DNA from: an uncultured Gaiellales bacterium
GTDB lineage: Bacteria > Actinomycetota > Thermoleophilia > Gaiellales > Gaiellaceae
Reading direction: 5' to 3'
DNA: 64,000 nucleotides
Assembly: GCA_964351025.1 (NCBI GenBank)
Contig: CAYGLV010000002.1
Span: 20,454-84,453 of the forward strand
Below, piece after piece: positions 46,726-55,664 of the stretch. Positions within the stretch are counted from its first letter, which is position 1, and each line of letters opens with the position of its first letter. The translations under genes were made by a program, and so were the position numbers. The notes beneath the pieces were generated by a model that was not told the DNA's origin, did no database searches, and was given only the letters and a program-made list of their open reading frames with translations.

Positions 46726-47151
46726 ATGGCGCACATCGAACACGCCCTGCAGGATCTGCTCGCAGCCACCGGCGCGAGCCGTGTGACACTGCGCCAGGAC
46801 ACCCCGGGCGACTACGCCTTCCCGGTCACCCACGAGGCGCACGGGCCGTCTGTGCCGTCGCTCGTGGAGGAGCGCACCGTCGATCTGAAGACGCAGCCTG
46901 TCGTGCTCGAGCTGCTGCAGGGGCGTCAGGTCGTCCAGGACGACTGCCGCGCCGCCTTCGACGATCCCGCCTTCCACCGCATGCTGGACGCGTACGGCGG
47001 CCTGGCGGCGCAGATCGTGACGCCGATCTTCAAGGCGGGGCAACTCGTCGCGATCGTTTCGCTCCACCAGCTGGGGACGCCGCGGCACTGGACGGAAGAG
47101 GACGCAGCCGCCGCCGCGCAGGCCGCCGACCGCGTCGCGGGGCTGCTGTGA
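46726..47151 (+). CDS. stand-alone GAF domain protein (141 aa)
   Basis: The tail of the track ORF 46033..47151 becomes protein-like from the ATG at 46726. ...AQIVTPIFKAGQLVAIVSLHQLGTPRHWTEED is a GAF-type C-terminal pattern. Confidence 0.6.
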   Translation: MAHIEHALQDLLAATGASRVTLRQDTPGDYAFPVTHEAHGPSVPSLVEERTVDLKTQPVVLELLQGRQVVQDDCRAAFDDPAFHRMLDAYGGLAAQIVTPIFKAGQLVAIVSLHQLGTPRHWTEEDAAAAAQAADRVAGLL

Positions 47152-48176
47152 GGGTCCCGGCCTCGGCAGCACACAACCGCTGGCACCCCGGCCTCGAGCC
47201 GGTCGTGACGATCGCCCCCGGCGAGGAGCTGACGCTCGACACCCGCGACGGCATCGACGGACAGCTGACGGCGGAGAGCACGCACGCGGACATCCTCGAG
47301 CTCGACCTCGGTCTCGGCCACCCGCTGACCGGGCCCGTCTTCGTCGAGGGCGCCGAGCCGGGCGACCAGCTCGTCGTCGAGCTTGTCGCGTACGAGACAG
47401 CCGACTTCGGAGTGACCGCCGTGATCCCCGGCTTCGGCTTCCTCTCCGACCTCTTCACCGACCCGTACCTCGTCAAGTGGGAGATCGGCGGCGGGGTCGC
47501 GCGCTCCGAGGAGCTGCCGGGCGTCGCCGTGCCCGAGGCGACGTTCGCCGGGGTCGCCGGAGTCGCCCCGTCTCCGGCGCTGCTGGAGGAGTTCCGCCGG
47601 CGCGAGCAGGAGATCGCCGACGGCGGAGGGCCGGTCGCCGAGTCGCTGCCCGAACGGGCGCTGCCTCCGTCGGCGGCAGCGGGACTGCGAACGATCCCGC
47701 CGCGGGAAACCGGCGGCAACATGGACATCCGCGGCCTCGTCGCGGGCAGCCGCCTCCTGCTGCCGGTGCACGTGGAAGGCGCGCTCTTCTCGATCGGCGA
47801 CCTCCATTTCGCCCAGGGCGACGGCGAGGTGTGCGGGACGGGGATCGAGATCGCCGGTGCGGCGACCGTCCGCTTCGAGGTGCACAAGAGCCCGGTCTGG
47901 CGTTCGCGCTTCCCCGCCTATGAGACACCCGGCCGGCGCGTGGCTGCCTCGTTTGCAACGACCGGCATCCCGGTGCGGGACCCGATGGATCTGAACGTGG
48001 CAGCGCGCGAGGCGCTGCTCGAGATGATCGGCTACCTGGCGGCGACCCGCGGCCTGCCGCGGGTCGCCGCCTACGCGCTCTGCAGCGCTGTCGTCGACCT
48101 CCACCTCTCGGAGGTCGTGGACGTGCCCTACCCGCTCGTCTCGGCGCTCCTCCCGCTCGACATCTTCGTCACCTAG
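47148..48176 (+). CDS. acetamidase/formamidase (FmdA_AmdA) family protein
   Basis: HPLTGPVFVEGAEPGD, TGGNMDIR, SIGDLHFAQGDGEV. GTGA overlap with the GAF gene. Confidence 0.85.
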   Translation: MRVPASAAHNRWHPGLEPVVTIAPGEELTLDTRDGIDGQLTAESTHADILELDLGLGHPLTGPVFVEGAEPGDQLVVELVAYETADFGVTAVIPGFGFLSDLFTDPYLVKWEIGGGVARSEELPGVAVPEATFAGVAGVAPSPALLEEFRRREQEIADGGGPVAESLPERALPPSAAAGLRTIPPRETGGNMDIRGLVAGSRLLLPVHVEGALFSIGDLHFAQGDGEVCGTGIEIAGAATVRFEVHKSPVWRSRFPAYETPGRRVAASFATTGIPVRDPMDLNVAAREALLEMIGYLAATRGLPRVAAYALCSAVVDLHLSEVVDVPYPLVSALLPLDIFVT

Positions 48177-49135
48177 CCCTTCAGCGGCACCGCGTACGAC
48201 GGCATCGGGGCCCCGGTCGCGCCGCGGAGCTTGAGCGGGAAGCCGAGGAAGGCGAACTCGTACTGCTTCTCGGCTGCGATCTCCTCCATGTTCACGACCT
48301 CGATGATCTGTGCCCCGGCCGTGGCGAACATGTACGCGTGGACGGGGAGGAAAACGTCAGGCTCCTCGGAGGGCAGCACCTCGAGCCCGATCGTGTCCCC
48401 GGCGATGCACATGGTGCCCATCTCCTCGCACAGCCACTTCGCGGAGGGAAGCGAGATGCCGGGCGTGTTGACGAGGTAGCCGTCGAAGTCGGGCCAGACG
48501 GTCATGCGGCCGGTGCGAACGAGCGCGACGTTCTTCTGGCGCAGCTCGACGCCCTGCTTCTTGACCGCGTCCTGGAGATCCTTCGGCGTCACGGCATAGC
48601 TGTCGGGCAGGCAGTCCACGCCGTGCAGCCCCGCGATGTCGAGCAGGACCCCGCGCGCGATCACCGGCGGGTAGTTCTCGGGGCCCCCCTTGTTCCACAG
48701 GCGGCTGCCGAGATCCTTGTCCGCCGTCCAGCCGTTCCAGAACTTCCCGTAGAAGCCGAGGTGGTTGAGCGTGTCGATGTGCGTGCCGCAGTGCGTGTAC
48801 ATGTGGATCGAGTCGCCGCAGTACGAGTACTTCTCGTGGACGTGGCTGCCGACGCCCGAGAGGTTGTCGTTGATCGACCCCTGCGGCGTATGGGTCATCC
48901 AGATCTCGTACTTCGGGTCGCCGGCGGCGACCCACGACGGCATGCCGATGAAGTACTCGACGTTGAGGTCGAAGACGTGGCCGCCGTCGAGGTGCTCGAG
49001 AATCGCGCGGTTGGTGTCGGGCGTGATCCAGTTCAGGCGCCCGATCTCGTCGTTGGGCCCCCAGGGGCTCTTCGAGACCTTGACGCCCTCCTGCTCGAGG
49101 ATCGCCTCGGGAACGAGTTCGTTGTCAGGTGCCAC
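48173..49135 (-). CDS. putative cyclase family protein (kynurenine formamidase-like fold)
   Basis: HCGTHIDTLNH motif, about 320 aa. Confidence 0.75.
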   Translation of the reverse strand: MAPDNELVPEAILEQEGVKVSKSPWGPNDEIGRLNWITPDTNRAILEHLDGGHVFDLNVEYFIGMPSWVAAGDPKYEIWMTHTPQGSINDNLSGVGSHVHEKYSYCGDSIHMYTHCGTHIDTLNHLGFYGKFWNGWTADKDLGSRLWNKGGPENYPPVIARGVLLDIAGLHGVDCLPDSYAVTPKDLQDAVKKQGVELRQKNVALVRTGRMTVWPDFDGYLVNTPGISLPSAKWLCEEMGTMCIAGDTIGLEVLPSEEPDVFLPVHAYMFATAGAQIIEVVNMEEIAAEKQYEFAFLGFPLKLRGATGAPMPSYAVPLKG

Positions 49136-49180
49136 CGGTTCCTCCGTTCGTTGGAGTGAGTGCCTTCAGGTCGTCGCGCT

Positions 49181-49462
49181 TCAGCCGAGCTCCAGGATCT
49201 CGAACGTCGTCACGTCGGGCTCGAGCCCGACCTTCCGCATCAACTCGGTGCCGCGCGGCACCGGCGCCTCCGCGAGGTAGCGGTCGAGCGTGTCGCGGTC
49301 CTTCCAGACGGCGACCAGTCTCCCACGGCCGTCCCGGAACTCGAGCGTGGCGCTGAGCACGCCCGCCGGGCGCGTCGGTCGTCCCTCCACCATCAGCTGT
49401 GCGAGCCGACCCGCCTGGTCGCGGGTCATCTCGGCCTCGAACGAGATCCCGGCGTACGTCAC
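49181..49462 (-). CDS. hypothetical 93-aa protein (possibly ABM/ferredoxin-like fold), coupled to the OCD gene
   Basis: Its GTG at 49462 overlaps the OCD TGA (GTGA). The in-frame tail of the 493-aa shadow ORF is protein-like: VTYAGISFEAEMTRDQAGRL...LVAVWKDRDTLDRYL. Confidence 0.5.
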   Translation of the reverse strand: MTYAGISFEAEMTRDQAGRLAQLMVEGRPTRPAGVLSATLEFRDGRGRLVAVWKDRDTLDRYLAEAPVPRGTELMRKVGLEPDVTTFEILELG

Positions 49463-50475
49463 GTCGAGATCATCTTCTTCTCGACGCCGACGCCGGCCGC
49501 AACGGCGCGCTCGTACTCGAGCGGCACCGTGGCCGAGTCCTGGAGCGCGATCCCCGTGGAGTCGAAGACCGTGATCTCCGAGTCGGAGGTGCGGCCGGGC
49601 TTGCGGCCCGTGATCACCTCGCCGATCTCGCCTGCGACGTCGTCCTCGGTGATCAGTCCCTGAGCGAGCGGCACGTTGATCTCGCCGTCGGTGCGGCACT
49701 GGCGAATGTCGTCGACGAAGATGCGGGCGCGCTGGAGGATCTTCGGGTCGAGCTCCTGATCGCCGCCCTTGTCCGCGCCGACGGCGGCGATGTGCGTCCC
49801 CTCGGCGATCCACTCGTCGAGGACGATCGGCCCTCGCGCCGGTGTGATCGTGACGACGACGTCGGCGCCGCGCACAACCTGCTCGAGGTTCTGCGACGGC
49901 TTGATCTCGAAGCTCTCGTACTTCGGCTGCTGCGTCGCAGTGAAGTGGTCGAGCGTGTCCTGCGACCGGCTCCAGACGCGCACCTCCTGCCACGGGAAGA
50001 CCTCGTTGCAGGTCTCGAGCGTTCCCTCGGCCATGTTGCCGGCACCGACGATGGCGAGGATCGTCGAGTCCTTCCTCGCCATCCACTTCGCCGAGACGGC
50101 GGCGGCGGCGCCCGTGCGCATGACCGTGTGGTAGCTGCCGTCGACGATCGCGAGCGGGAAGCCCGTCTCGGGGTGCGTGTAGATCAGGATCGAGAAGACG
50201 GTCGGCAGGTCGAAGAGCTCCCGGTTCCGCTCGCGGATCGAGACCCACTTGCAGGCGGCAGCCTCCGGCTCCTCGATGTAGGAGGGCATCGCCTCCCACT
50301 CGCCCGGGTAGCGGTCGAGGACGATATGGCCCTTCGGGTCCATGTAGTAGCGCCCCTCGCCGTGCATCCGGTAGGCCTGCTCGACGCACTGGACGTACTC
50401 CGCGGGCGTGACGAGGCCCATCATGTCCGTCCGGCTGAGGATCAGCGTCTTGCGGTTGCGCCAGCTCTCGCTCAC
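49459..50475 (-). CDS. ornithine cyclodeaminase / mu-crystallin family protein
   Basis: MRTGAAAAVSAKWMARKDS..LAIVGAGNMA, ITPARGPI, AVGADKGG. Confidence 0.85.
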   Translation of the reverse strand: MSESWRNRKTLILSRTDMMGLVTPAEYVQCVEQAYRMHGEGRYYMDPKGHIVLDRYPGEWEAMPSYIEEPEAAACKWVSIRERNRELFDLPTVFSILIYTHPETGFPLAIVDGSYHTVMRTGAAAAVSAKWMARKDSTILAIVGAGNMAEGTLETCNEVFPWQEVRVWSRSQDTLDHFTATQQPKYESFEIKPSQNLEQVVRGADVVVTITPARGPIVLDEWIAEGTHIAAVGADKGGDQELDPKILQRARIFVDDIRQCRTDGEINVPLAQGLITEDDVAGEIGEVITGRKPGRTSDSEITVFDSTGIALQDSATVPLEYERAVAAGVGVEKKMIST

Positions 50476-50491
50476 GCACCGACTCTACGAC

Positions 50492-50547
50492 GCGCGTTCG
50501 CGCCCGGCAAGCAGGCGACGGCAACGTGCCCTCAGCGCGTTCGCGCC
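50492..50547. repeat. two identical 13-nt copies of GCGCGTTCGCGCC (each an internal GCGCG/CGCGC inverted repeat), 43 bp apart, in a divergent promoter region
   Basis: The copies lie at 50492-50504 and 50535-50547, between the OCD start (50475) and the M20 hydrolase start (50592). Confidence 0.6.
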
Positions 50548-50591
50548 TCGGGTGCCGCGCGCGGCCGCCGCAGATTAGAGTTCTCGCGAAG

Positions 50592-51827
50592 ATGGTCGAT
50601 CGCTTGCGCAGCGCCGCGCGCATCGGGCGCGACATCGAGACGCTCGCCGGGCCCGAGTTCACGCTCTCCCACGAGGCGATCCGGCGCTACGCCTACACGC
50701 AAGTCTACCGCAACACCCTCGACTACTTCACGCGCGAGCTCGAGGCGATCGGCTTCGAGGTGACCGAGGATCCGGTCGGCACCCTCGTCGCGCGCAACCG
50801 CCCGCCCGGCGAGCCCGCCTTCGGGATCGGCTCGCACTGCGACTCGAACCGCAACGGCGGACGCTACGACGGCACGATGGGAGTCGTCACGGCGCTCGAG
50901 GTCTGCCGCCTGAACCACGAGCTCTCGCTCGGCCTGCCGCTCCAGCTGATCTCGTTCCTCGAGGAGGAGGGCTCGGGCTTCGGCCAGATGCTGCTCGGCA
51001 GCCGGATCATGGCGCAGCGGGTGACCGAGGAGGAGCTGAAGGAGCGCTTCCTGGCGATCGACGACGGGCGCAGCTTCTGGGAGCATGCCCGCGAGGCCGG
51101 GTACGAGCCCGAACGCTGGAAGGAGTCCCTCCGCGTCCTCGACGGCCTGACCGGCTGGATCGAGATGCACATCGAACAGGCGCGTGTGCTCCAGGACACG
51201 GGGAACCGGGCCGGGATCGTGACCGCCATCGCCGGCTACGTGCACTCCGACGTGATCGTGCACGGCCGCGGCGACCACGCAGGCGCGACCCCCATGGACT
51301 TCCGGCTCGATCCCGGGCTGCCGGTGGCCGAGTCGATCCTCGAGCTCGAGCGGCTCGTGCGGGCCGCCGGGAAGGGCACCGTCGGCACAGTCGGGGAGAT
51401 CGAGGTGCACCCGAGCCTCATCAACGCGATTCCGGAGCGGATCCGCTTCTCCCTCGACATCCGGGGAGTGGACGAGGAGGCGTATCGCGGCGTCTCGCGC
51501 GACATCGCCGCCTTCGCGGAGCAGGCTGCGCAGCGGCGCGGGATGACGGCAGAAGTCCGCGAGCGCCAGACCCTTGCCCCAACGCTGCTCGACCAGCGCA
51601 TCGTCTCGGCCCTCGAGGCGGCCGCGCGGGCGACGGGGGAGCCCACGATGCTGATGCCGTCCGGCGCGGCACACGACACGATGTGTGTCGCCGATCACGT
51701 CCCGTCCGCGATGGTCTTCGTTCCCTGCAGGGACGGCATCAGCCACTCGCCGCTCGAGCACGCCGAGCCGGGGGATGCCGCCCTCGCAGCGGAGATCATC
51801 CTGAACGCGATTCGGGCGCTGACCTAG
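50592..51827 (+). CDS. M20-family Zn-dependent amidohydrolase (allantoate amidohydrolase / N-carbamoyl-L-amino-acid hydrolase type)
   Basis: GSHCDSNRNGGRYDGTMGV, SFLEEEGSGFG, GAAHDT. ATG at 50592. Confidence 0.85.
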   Translation: MVDRLRSAARIGRDIETLAGPEFTLSHEAIRRYAYTQVYRNTLDYFTRELEAIGFEVTEDPVGTLVARNRPPGEPAFGIGSHCDSNRNGGRYDGTMGVVTALEVCRLNHELSLGLPLQLISFLEEEGSGFGQMLLGSRIMAQRVTEEELKERFLAIDDGRSFWEHAREAGYEPERWKESLRVLDGLTGWIEMHIEQARVLQDTGNRAGIVTAIAGYVHSDVIVHGRGDHAGATPMDFRLDPGLPVAESILELERLVRAAGKGTVGTVGEIEVHPSLINAIPERIRFSLDIRGVDEEAYRGVSRDIAAFAEQAAQRRGMTAEVRERQTLAPTLLDQRIVSALEAAARATGEPTMLMPSGAAHDTMCVADHVPSAMVFVPCRDGISHSPLEHAEPGDAALAAEIILNAIRALT

Positions 51828-52992
51828 AGAGCGTCGTCTCGGTCTCCGCGGCGAGCTCGCGCGCGCTCGGGAGCAGGGCGAGCGCGACGGCCCAGAGGAC
51901 GGCGGCGGCGACGAAGCCGGCCTGTCCGCCGCCGGGAAGCGAGAACGTGAGCCCGAGAAGTGGGGTGCCGACGAGAATGACAACGCTCGCGGCGCCGTTG
52001 ACGAGGCCGACCGCGGCCGCCTGGGCGTCGGGCCGGAGCCGGGCCGCTCCCGTGAACGCGGGGGCGAAGGGAATGCCCGCGGCGACTCCGATCAGCAGCG
52101 CGCCGGCGACGGTGAGCGCCGGCGGGCTCGCGGCCGCGACTGCCAGTGTGCCCAGCGCGCCCCCGACGAGGCTCGCGCCGACGGCGGCACGCATGCGTCG
52201 GGGATGCGCGTGCAGGATCCAACCGCCGAGCGGACGCGAGACCACTCCGAGCACGAGCGTCAGTGCCCCGATCGTGCCGGCCGGCCCCCGGCCCATCCCG
52301 CCCTCGCGCTGGAGGAGCGTCACGACCCAGTTGCCGAGCACGACGCTCAGCCCCAGGGAGGCAGAGAAGAGCACGGCGAGCCGGTAGAGCCGCACATCCC
52401 GGAGGACGCCGCTGGGGACGTGCGCCTGTCGTGGCTGCCGCTGCCGAGGCCCGTCCGCAGGCCCGGCCGCGAGCAGGGCGAGCCCGCCGACGGCGACGGC
52501 GACGGCGGTCAGGAACGGCGCGCGCCAGCCCAGCCAACCCTCGGCCCAGGGCACGATCGCGAGCGCGAGGCCGCCCCCGCCCAGAGCGACCCCGCCGTAC
52601 AGGCCTTGCGCGAACGGCAGGCCGCTCTTGCTCCGCACGTAGGCGCTGCCCGAGATGAAGCCGAAGCCCGTCCCGACGCCCGCCAGCAACCGGGCCGCGA
52701 GCGCCAGGCGCGGATCCGGTGCCGCCAGCGCAAGGGAGTTGAAGACCACCAGGAGCGTCAGGGCGAGCACGCCCGTCCGGCGTGGGCCGAACCGGTCGGC
52801 CGCCTTTCCGGCCGGGATCTGCATCGCCACGTGGGTGACGAAGAGCGCGGTCGTGAAGAGCCCGACGACGGCCAGGCCGACGCCGTAGGCACTCGCCAGC
52901 TGGCCCGCGACGGCGCCGGTGTTGGCGATGTTCCAGCCCGTGGCGAGCCCGAGCGCGCAGCCGCCCAGGACGGCCCGACGGATCGTGGTCAC
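51796..52992 (-). CDS. MFS transporter
   Basis: 12-TM-like profile with AGKAADRFGPRR loop. GTG at 52992. Its 3' end overlaps the convergent M20 gene by 32 nt. Confidence 0.75.
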   Translation of the reverse strand: MTTIRRAVLGGCALGLATGWNIANTGAVAGQLASAYGVGLAVVGLFTTALFVTHVAMQIPAGKAADRFGPRRTGVLALTLLVVFNSLALAAPDPRLALAARLLAGVGTGFGFISGSAYVRSKSGLPFAQGLYGGVALGGGGLALAIVPWAEGWLGWRAPFLTAVAVAVGGLALLAAGPADGPRQRQPRQAHVPSGVLRDVRLYRLAVLFSASLGLSVVLGNWVVTLLQREGGMGRGPAGTIGALTLVLGVVSRPLGGWILHAHPRRMRAAVGASLVGGALGTLAVAAASPPALTVAGALLIGVAAGIPFAPAFTGAARLRPDAQAAAVGLVNGAASVVILVGTPLLGLTFSLPGGGQAGFVAAAVLWAVALALLPSARELAAETETTLSRSAPESRSG

Positions 52993-53113
52993 GGGCTGCT
53001 CGAGTCGGCAGCGCGAGCTCGGGAGCGCGCCTCTCGGGCGCGGGCGTCGGGGCCCTCTGCGAGGATCGGTCCGGTGGGCCCTCTCGACTCTGCCACGGCG
53101 AGATCCTAGTACG

Positions 53114-53980
53114 GTGCTCGCCGTTGCCTTCGCGGTGCTGGCGGCGGCGCTCTTCGGGGCCCTCGCCCTGGCCATCCGGTCGGGCCTCAAGCGGGGCGGC
53201 GATCCCGAGGCGGGGGCGCTCGTGGTCACCGGGGTCGGCTTCCTCGTCGGAGCGGCGCTCTCGATCCCGGAGCTTCTGAGCGGCATCAGCCTCTCCGAGC
53301 TCTGGCTCTTCGCGCTCATCGGGGCTCTCGTGCCCGGCGCCTCTCAGATCCTCTTCATTCTCGCGGTGCGCGACGCGGGGCCGTCGCGTGCCGCCATCCT
53401 CATCGGCACCGCACCGTTGATCTCGGTTGTCATGGCTCTGGTGCTACTCGGGGAGCCCTTCCGCCCGCTGCTGCTCGTCGGCACGGCCCTGATCGTCGCG
53501 GGCGGCGCGACCCTCGCGGGGGAGCGAGCGCGGCCTGCCCACTTCAGGGCGATCGGGGCCGTGCTCGCGCTGGCCTGCGCCGCGCTGTTCGCGGTGCGGG
53601 ACAACGCCGTGCGCTGGGCGGCGCAGGACGTGCACCCGCCGGCGCTCACCGCCTCGGCAGCCTCGCTGCTGGCCGCCGCCGCGGCCGTGGGCCTCTACCT
53701 CCTCGTCGTGCGGCGCGAGGGCCTATCCGGAAAGCTCCGTGCCGCGCTGCCGGCCTTCGCCGCCGCGGGCGTCACGCTCGGCCTCGCCTACGCCAGCCTG
53801 CTCGAGGCGTTCGACCACGGGCGCGTGAGCATCGTCGCCCCCCTGAACGCCACCCAGTCTCTCTGGGCGGTGATCCTGGCCGCGGTGCTGATCGGGAGGA
53901 GCGAGATGATCGGCGCCCGGACGGTGTTCTCCGGCCTGCTCGTGGTCGCGGGCGGGGCGATGATCAGCGTCCTGCGCTGA
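53114..53980 (+). CDS. DMT superfamily (EamA) transporter
   Basis: 10-TM-like profile. GTG at 53114. Confidence 0.7.
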   Translation: MLAVAFAVLAAALFGALALAIRSGLKRGGDPEAGALVVTGVGFLVGAALSIPELLSGISLSELWLFALIGALVPGASQILFILAVRDAGPSRAAILIGTAPLISVVMALVLLGEPFRPLLLVGTALIVAGGATLAGERARPAHFRAIGAVLALACAALFAVRDNAVRWAAQDVHPPALTASAASLLAAAAAVGLYLLVVRREGLSGKLRAALPAFAAAGVTLGLAYASLLEAFDHGRVSIVAPLNATQSLWAVILAAVLIGRSEMIGARTVFSGLLVVAGGAMISVLR

Positions 53981-55019
53981 GCGAGACGGCCTCCGCGACC
54001 GCGTCTCCGACCTGGCGGGTGGTCGCGGTCCCGCCGATGTCGCGCGTGCGCGGGCCTTCGCGGCAGACCTGCTCCAGAGCCTCCAACAACGTCCGCGCCG
54101 CGTCCCCCTCGCCGAGCTCGTCGAGCATCAGCGCCGCGCTCCAGATCGCCCCCGCCGGATTGGCGATGCCCAGACCTGCGATGTCGGGGGCCGATCCGTG
54201 CACCGGCTCGAACAGGCCGGGCGTCGTCGACCCGGGCGCGAGGTTCGCGCTCGCCGCCGTGCCCATCCCGCCCTGGATCGCGGCGGCGAGGTCGGTGAGG
54301 ATGTCGCCGAAGAGGTTTGAGGCGACGACGACGTCGAGGCTGCCCGGGTCACGAACCATCCGCGCCGCGAGCGCGTCCACGAGCACCCGCTCGTAGCGCA
54401 CGGCCGGGAACTCGGCGGCGAGCTGCTCGGCCACCTCGTCCCAGAGCACGTACCCGAAGCGCGAGGCGTTCGACTTCGTCGCGCTCGTGACGACGCCGCG
54501 CCGCGCCGCGGCGAGCTCGAACGCGTACCGGATGACGCGCTCGACACCCGCCCGCGTGAACACGCTCGTCTCGACGGCAACCTCCGAGGCGAGGCCGCGG
54601 TGCGCCCTGCCGCCGATCCCGGAGTACTCGCCCTCGGTGTTCTCCCGGACGAACAGCATGTCGACGTCGGCCGGCCCCCGGCCGGCCAGCGGGCAGGGGA
54701 TCCCCGCGAGCAGGCGCGCCGGCCGCACGTTCGCCCACAGGTCGAGACGCTGGCGGACGTCGAGGATCAGCTCCCAGAGCGAGACGTGGTCGGGCACGGA
54801 CGGATCTCCGACCGCGCCCATCAGCACGGCGTCGTGCGCGCGCAGGGTCTCGAGTGCGTCCTCCGGCATCATCCGCCCGTGCTCGTGCCGGTACGCCGAG
54901 CCCCAGGGGAGCTCTGTCCACTCGAGCGAGAGGCCCAGCGCGTCGACTGCGCGCCGGGCCTCCGCGATCACTTCAGGGCCCACCCCGTCGCCGGGGAGCA
55001 GGGCGACCCTGTGCGTCAA
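53964..55019 (-). CDS. isocitrate/isopropylmalate dehydrogenase family enzyme (tartrate dehydrogenase/decarboxylase-like)
   Basis: LLPGDGVGPEV, FVRENTEGEYSG, NLFGDILTDLAA, HGSAPDIAG. Its TTG at 55019 overlaps the upstream TGA. Confidence 0.85.
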   Translation of the reverse strand: MTHRVALLPGDGVGPEVIAEARRAVDALGLSLEWTELPWGSAYRHEHGRMMPEDALETLRAHDAVLMGAVGDPSVPDHVSLWELILDVRQRLDLWANVRPARLLAGIPCPLAGRGPADVDMLFVRENTEGEYSGIGGRAHRGLASEVAVETSVFTRAGVERVIRYAFELAAARRGVVTSATKSNASRFGYVLWDEVAEQLAAEFPAVRYERVLVDALAARMVRDPGSLDVVVASNLFGDILTDLAAAIQGGMGTAASANLAPGSTTPGLFEPVHGSAPDIAGLGIANPAGAIWSAALMLDELGEGDAARTLLEALEQVCREGPRTRDIGGTATTRQVGDAVAEAVSLSAGR

Positions 55020-55657
55020 GCCGCCGCGCCCACGCTTGCCACGAACGCGAGCGCTTCCTCGAGCCCGACGACATCGGCGTACTTCGCCTGGATGTCGAAC
55101 AGGTTCGCCTCGTGCGGCGCCTGCGCCCGGTCGCCCACGCACTCGCGCGGGACGATCGTCGGGAAGCCGTACTGCAGCAGGTCGACCGCCGTGGCGCGAA
55201 TGCAGCCGCTCGTGGTGGCCCCGCAGAGGATGACGGAGTCCACCCCCTGGGCGATCAGGATCGAGGCCAGGTTCGTGCCGAAGAACGCCGAGGCGCCCTT
55301 CTTCAGCACCACCGGCTCGCCGGGCTGCGGGTTGAGACGTGCGTCGATCTCCACCCAGCGGCCGCCGATCTGGAGGTCGCCGAGGGCGGGCACCTTCTGC
55401 AACCAGAGCGCGCCGTCCTTCAGGCTCGGCTCGAAGCCGATCGTCGTGTAGACGATCGGCAGCCCCTTTCTCCGGGCGGCGTCGAGCAGCCGCCTCGTCG
55501 CTTCGACCTCCTTCGTCAGGTCGGAGCCGAGCGTGCAGGCCGGATCGGTGAAGCCGCAGCTGAAGTCGACCACGAGCACGGCCGGCCTGGAGCCGAGCGT
55601 GACGCTCTGCCCCAGGCCCGCGCGCTCATAGACCTGCTGTGCCTGCTCGTCGCTCAT
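55016..55657 (-). CDS. isochorismatase-family cysteine hydrolase (N-carbamoylsarcosine amidase / biuret hydrolase-like), paralogue of 36888..37499
   Basis: AVLVVDFSCGF, KKGASAFFGT, VILCGATTSGCIRATAVD. Confidence 0.82.
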   Translation of the reverse strand: MSDEQAQQVYERAGLGQSVTLGSRPAVLVVDFSCGFTDPACTLGSDLTKEVEATRRLLDAARRKGLPIVYTTIGFEPSLKDGALWLQKVPALGDLQIGGRWVEIDARLNPQPGEPVVLKKGASAFFGTNLASILIAQGVDSVILCGATTSGCIRATAVDLLQYGFPTIVPRECVGDRAQAPHEANLFDIQAKYADVVGLEEALAFVASVGAAA

Positions 55658-55664
55658 CGCCGCC

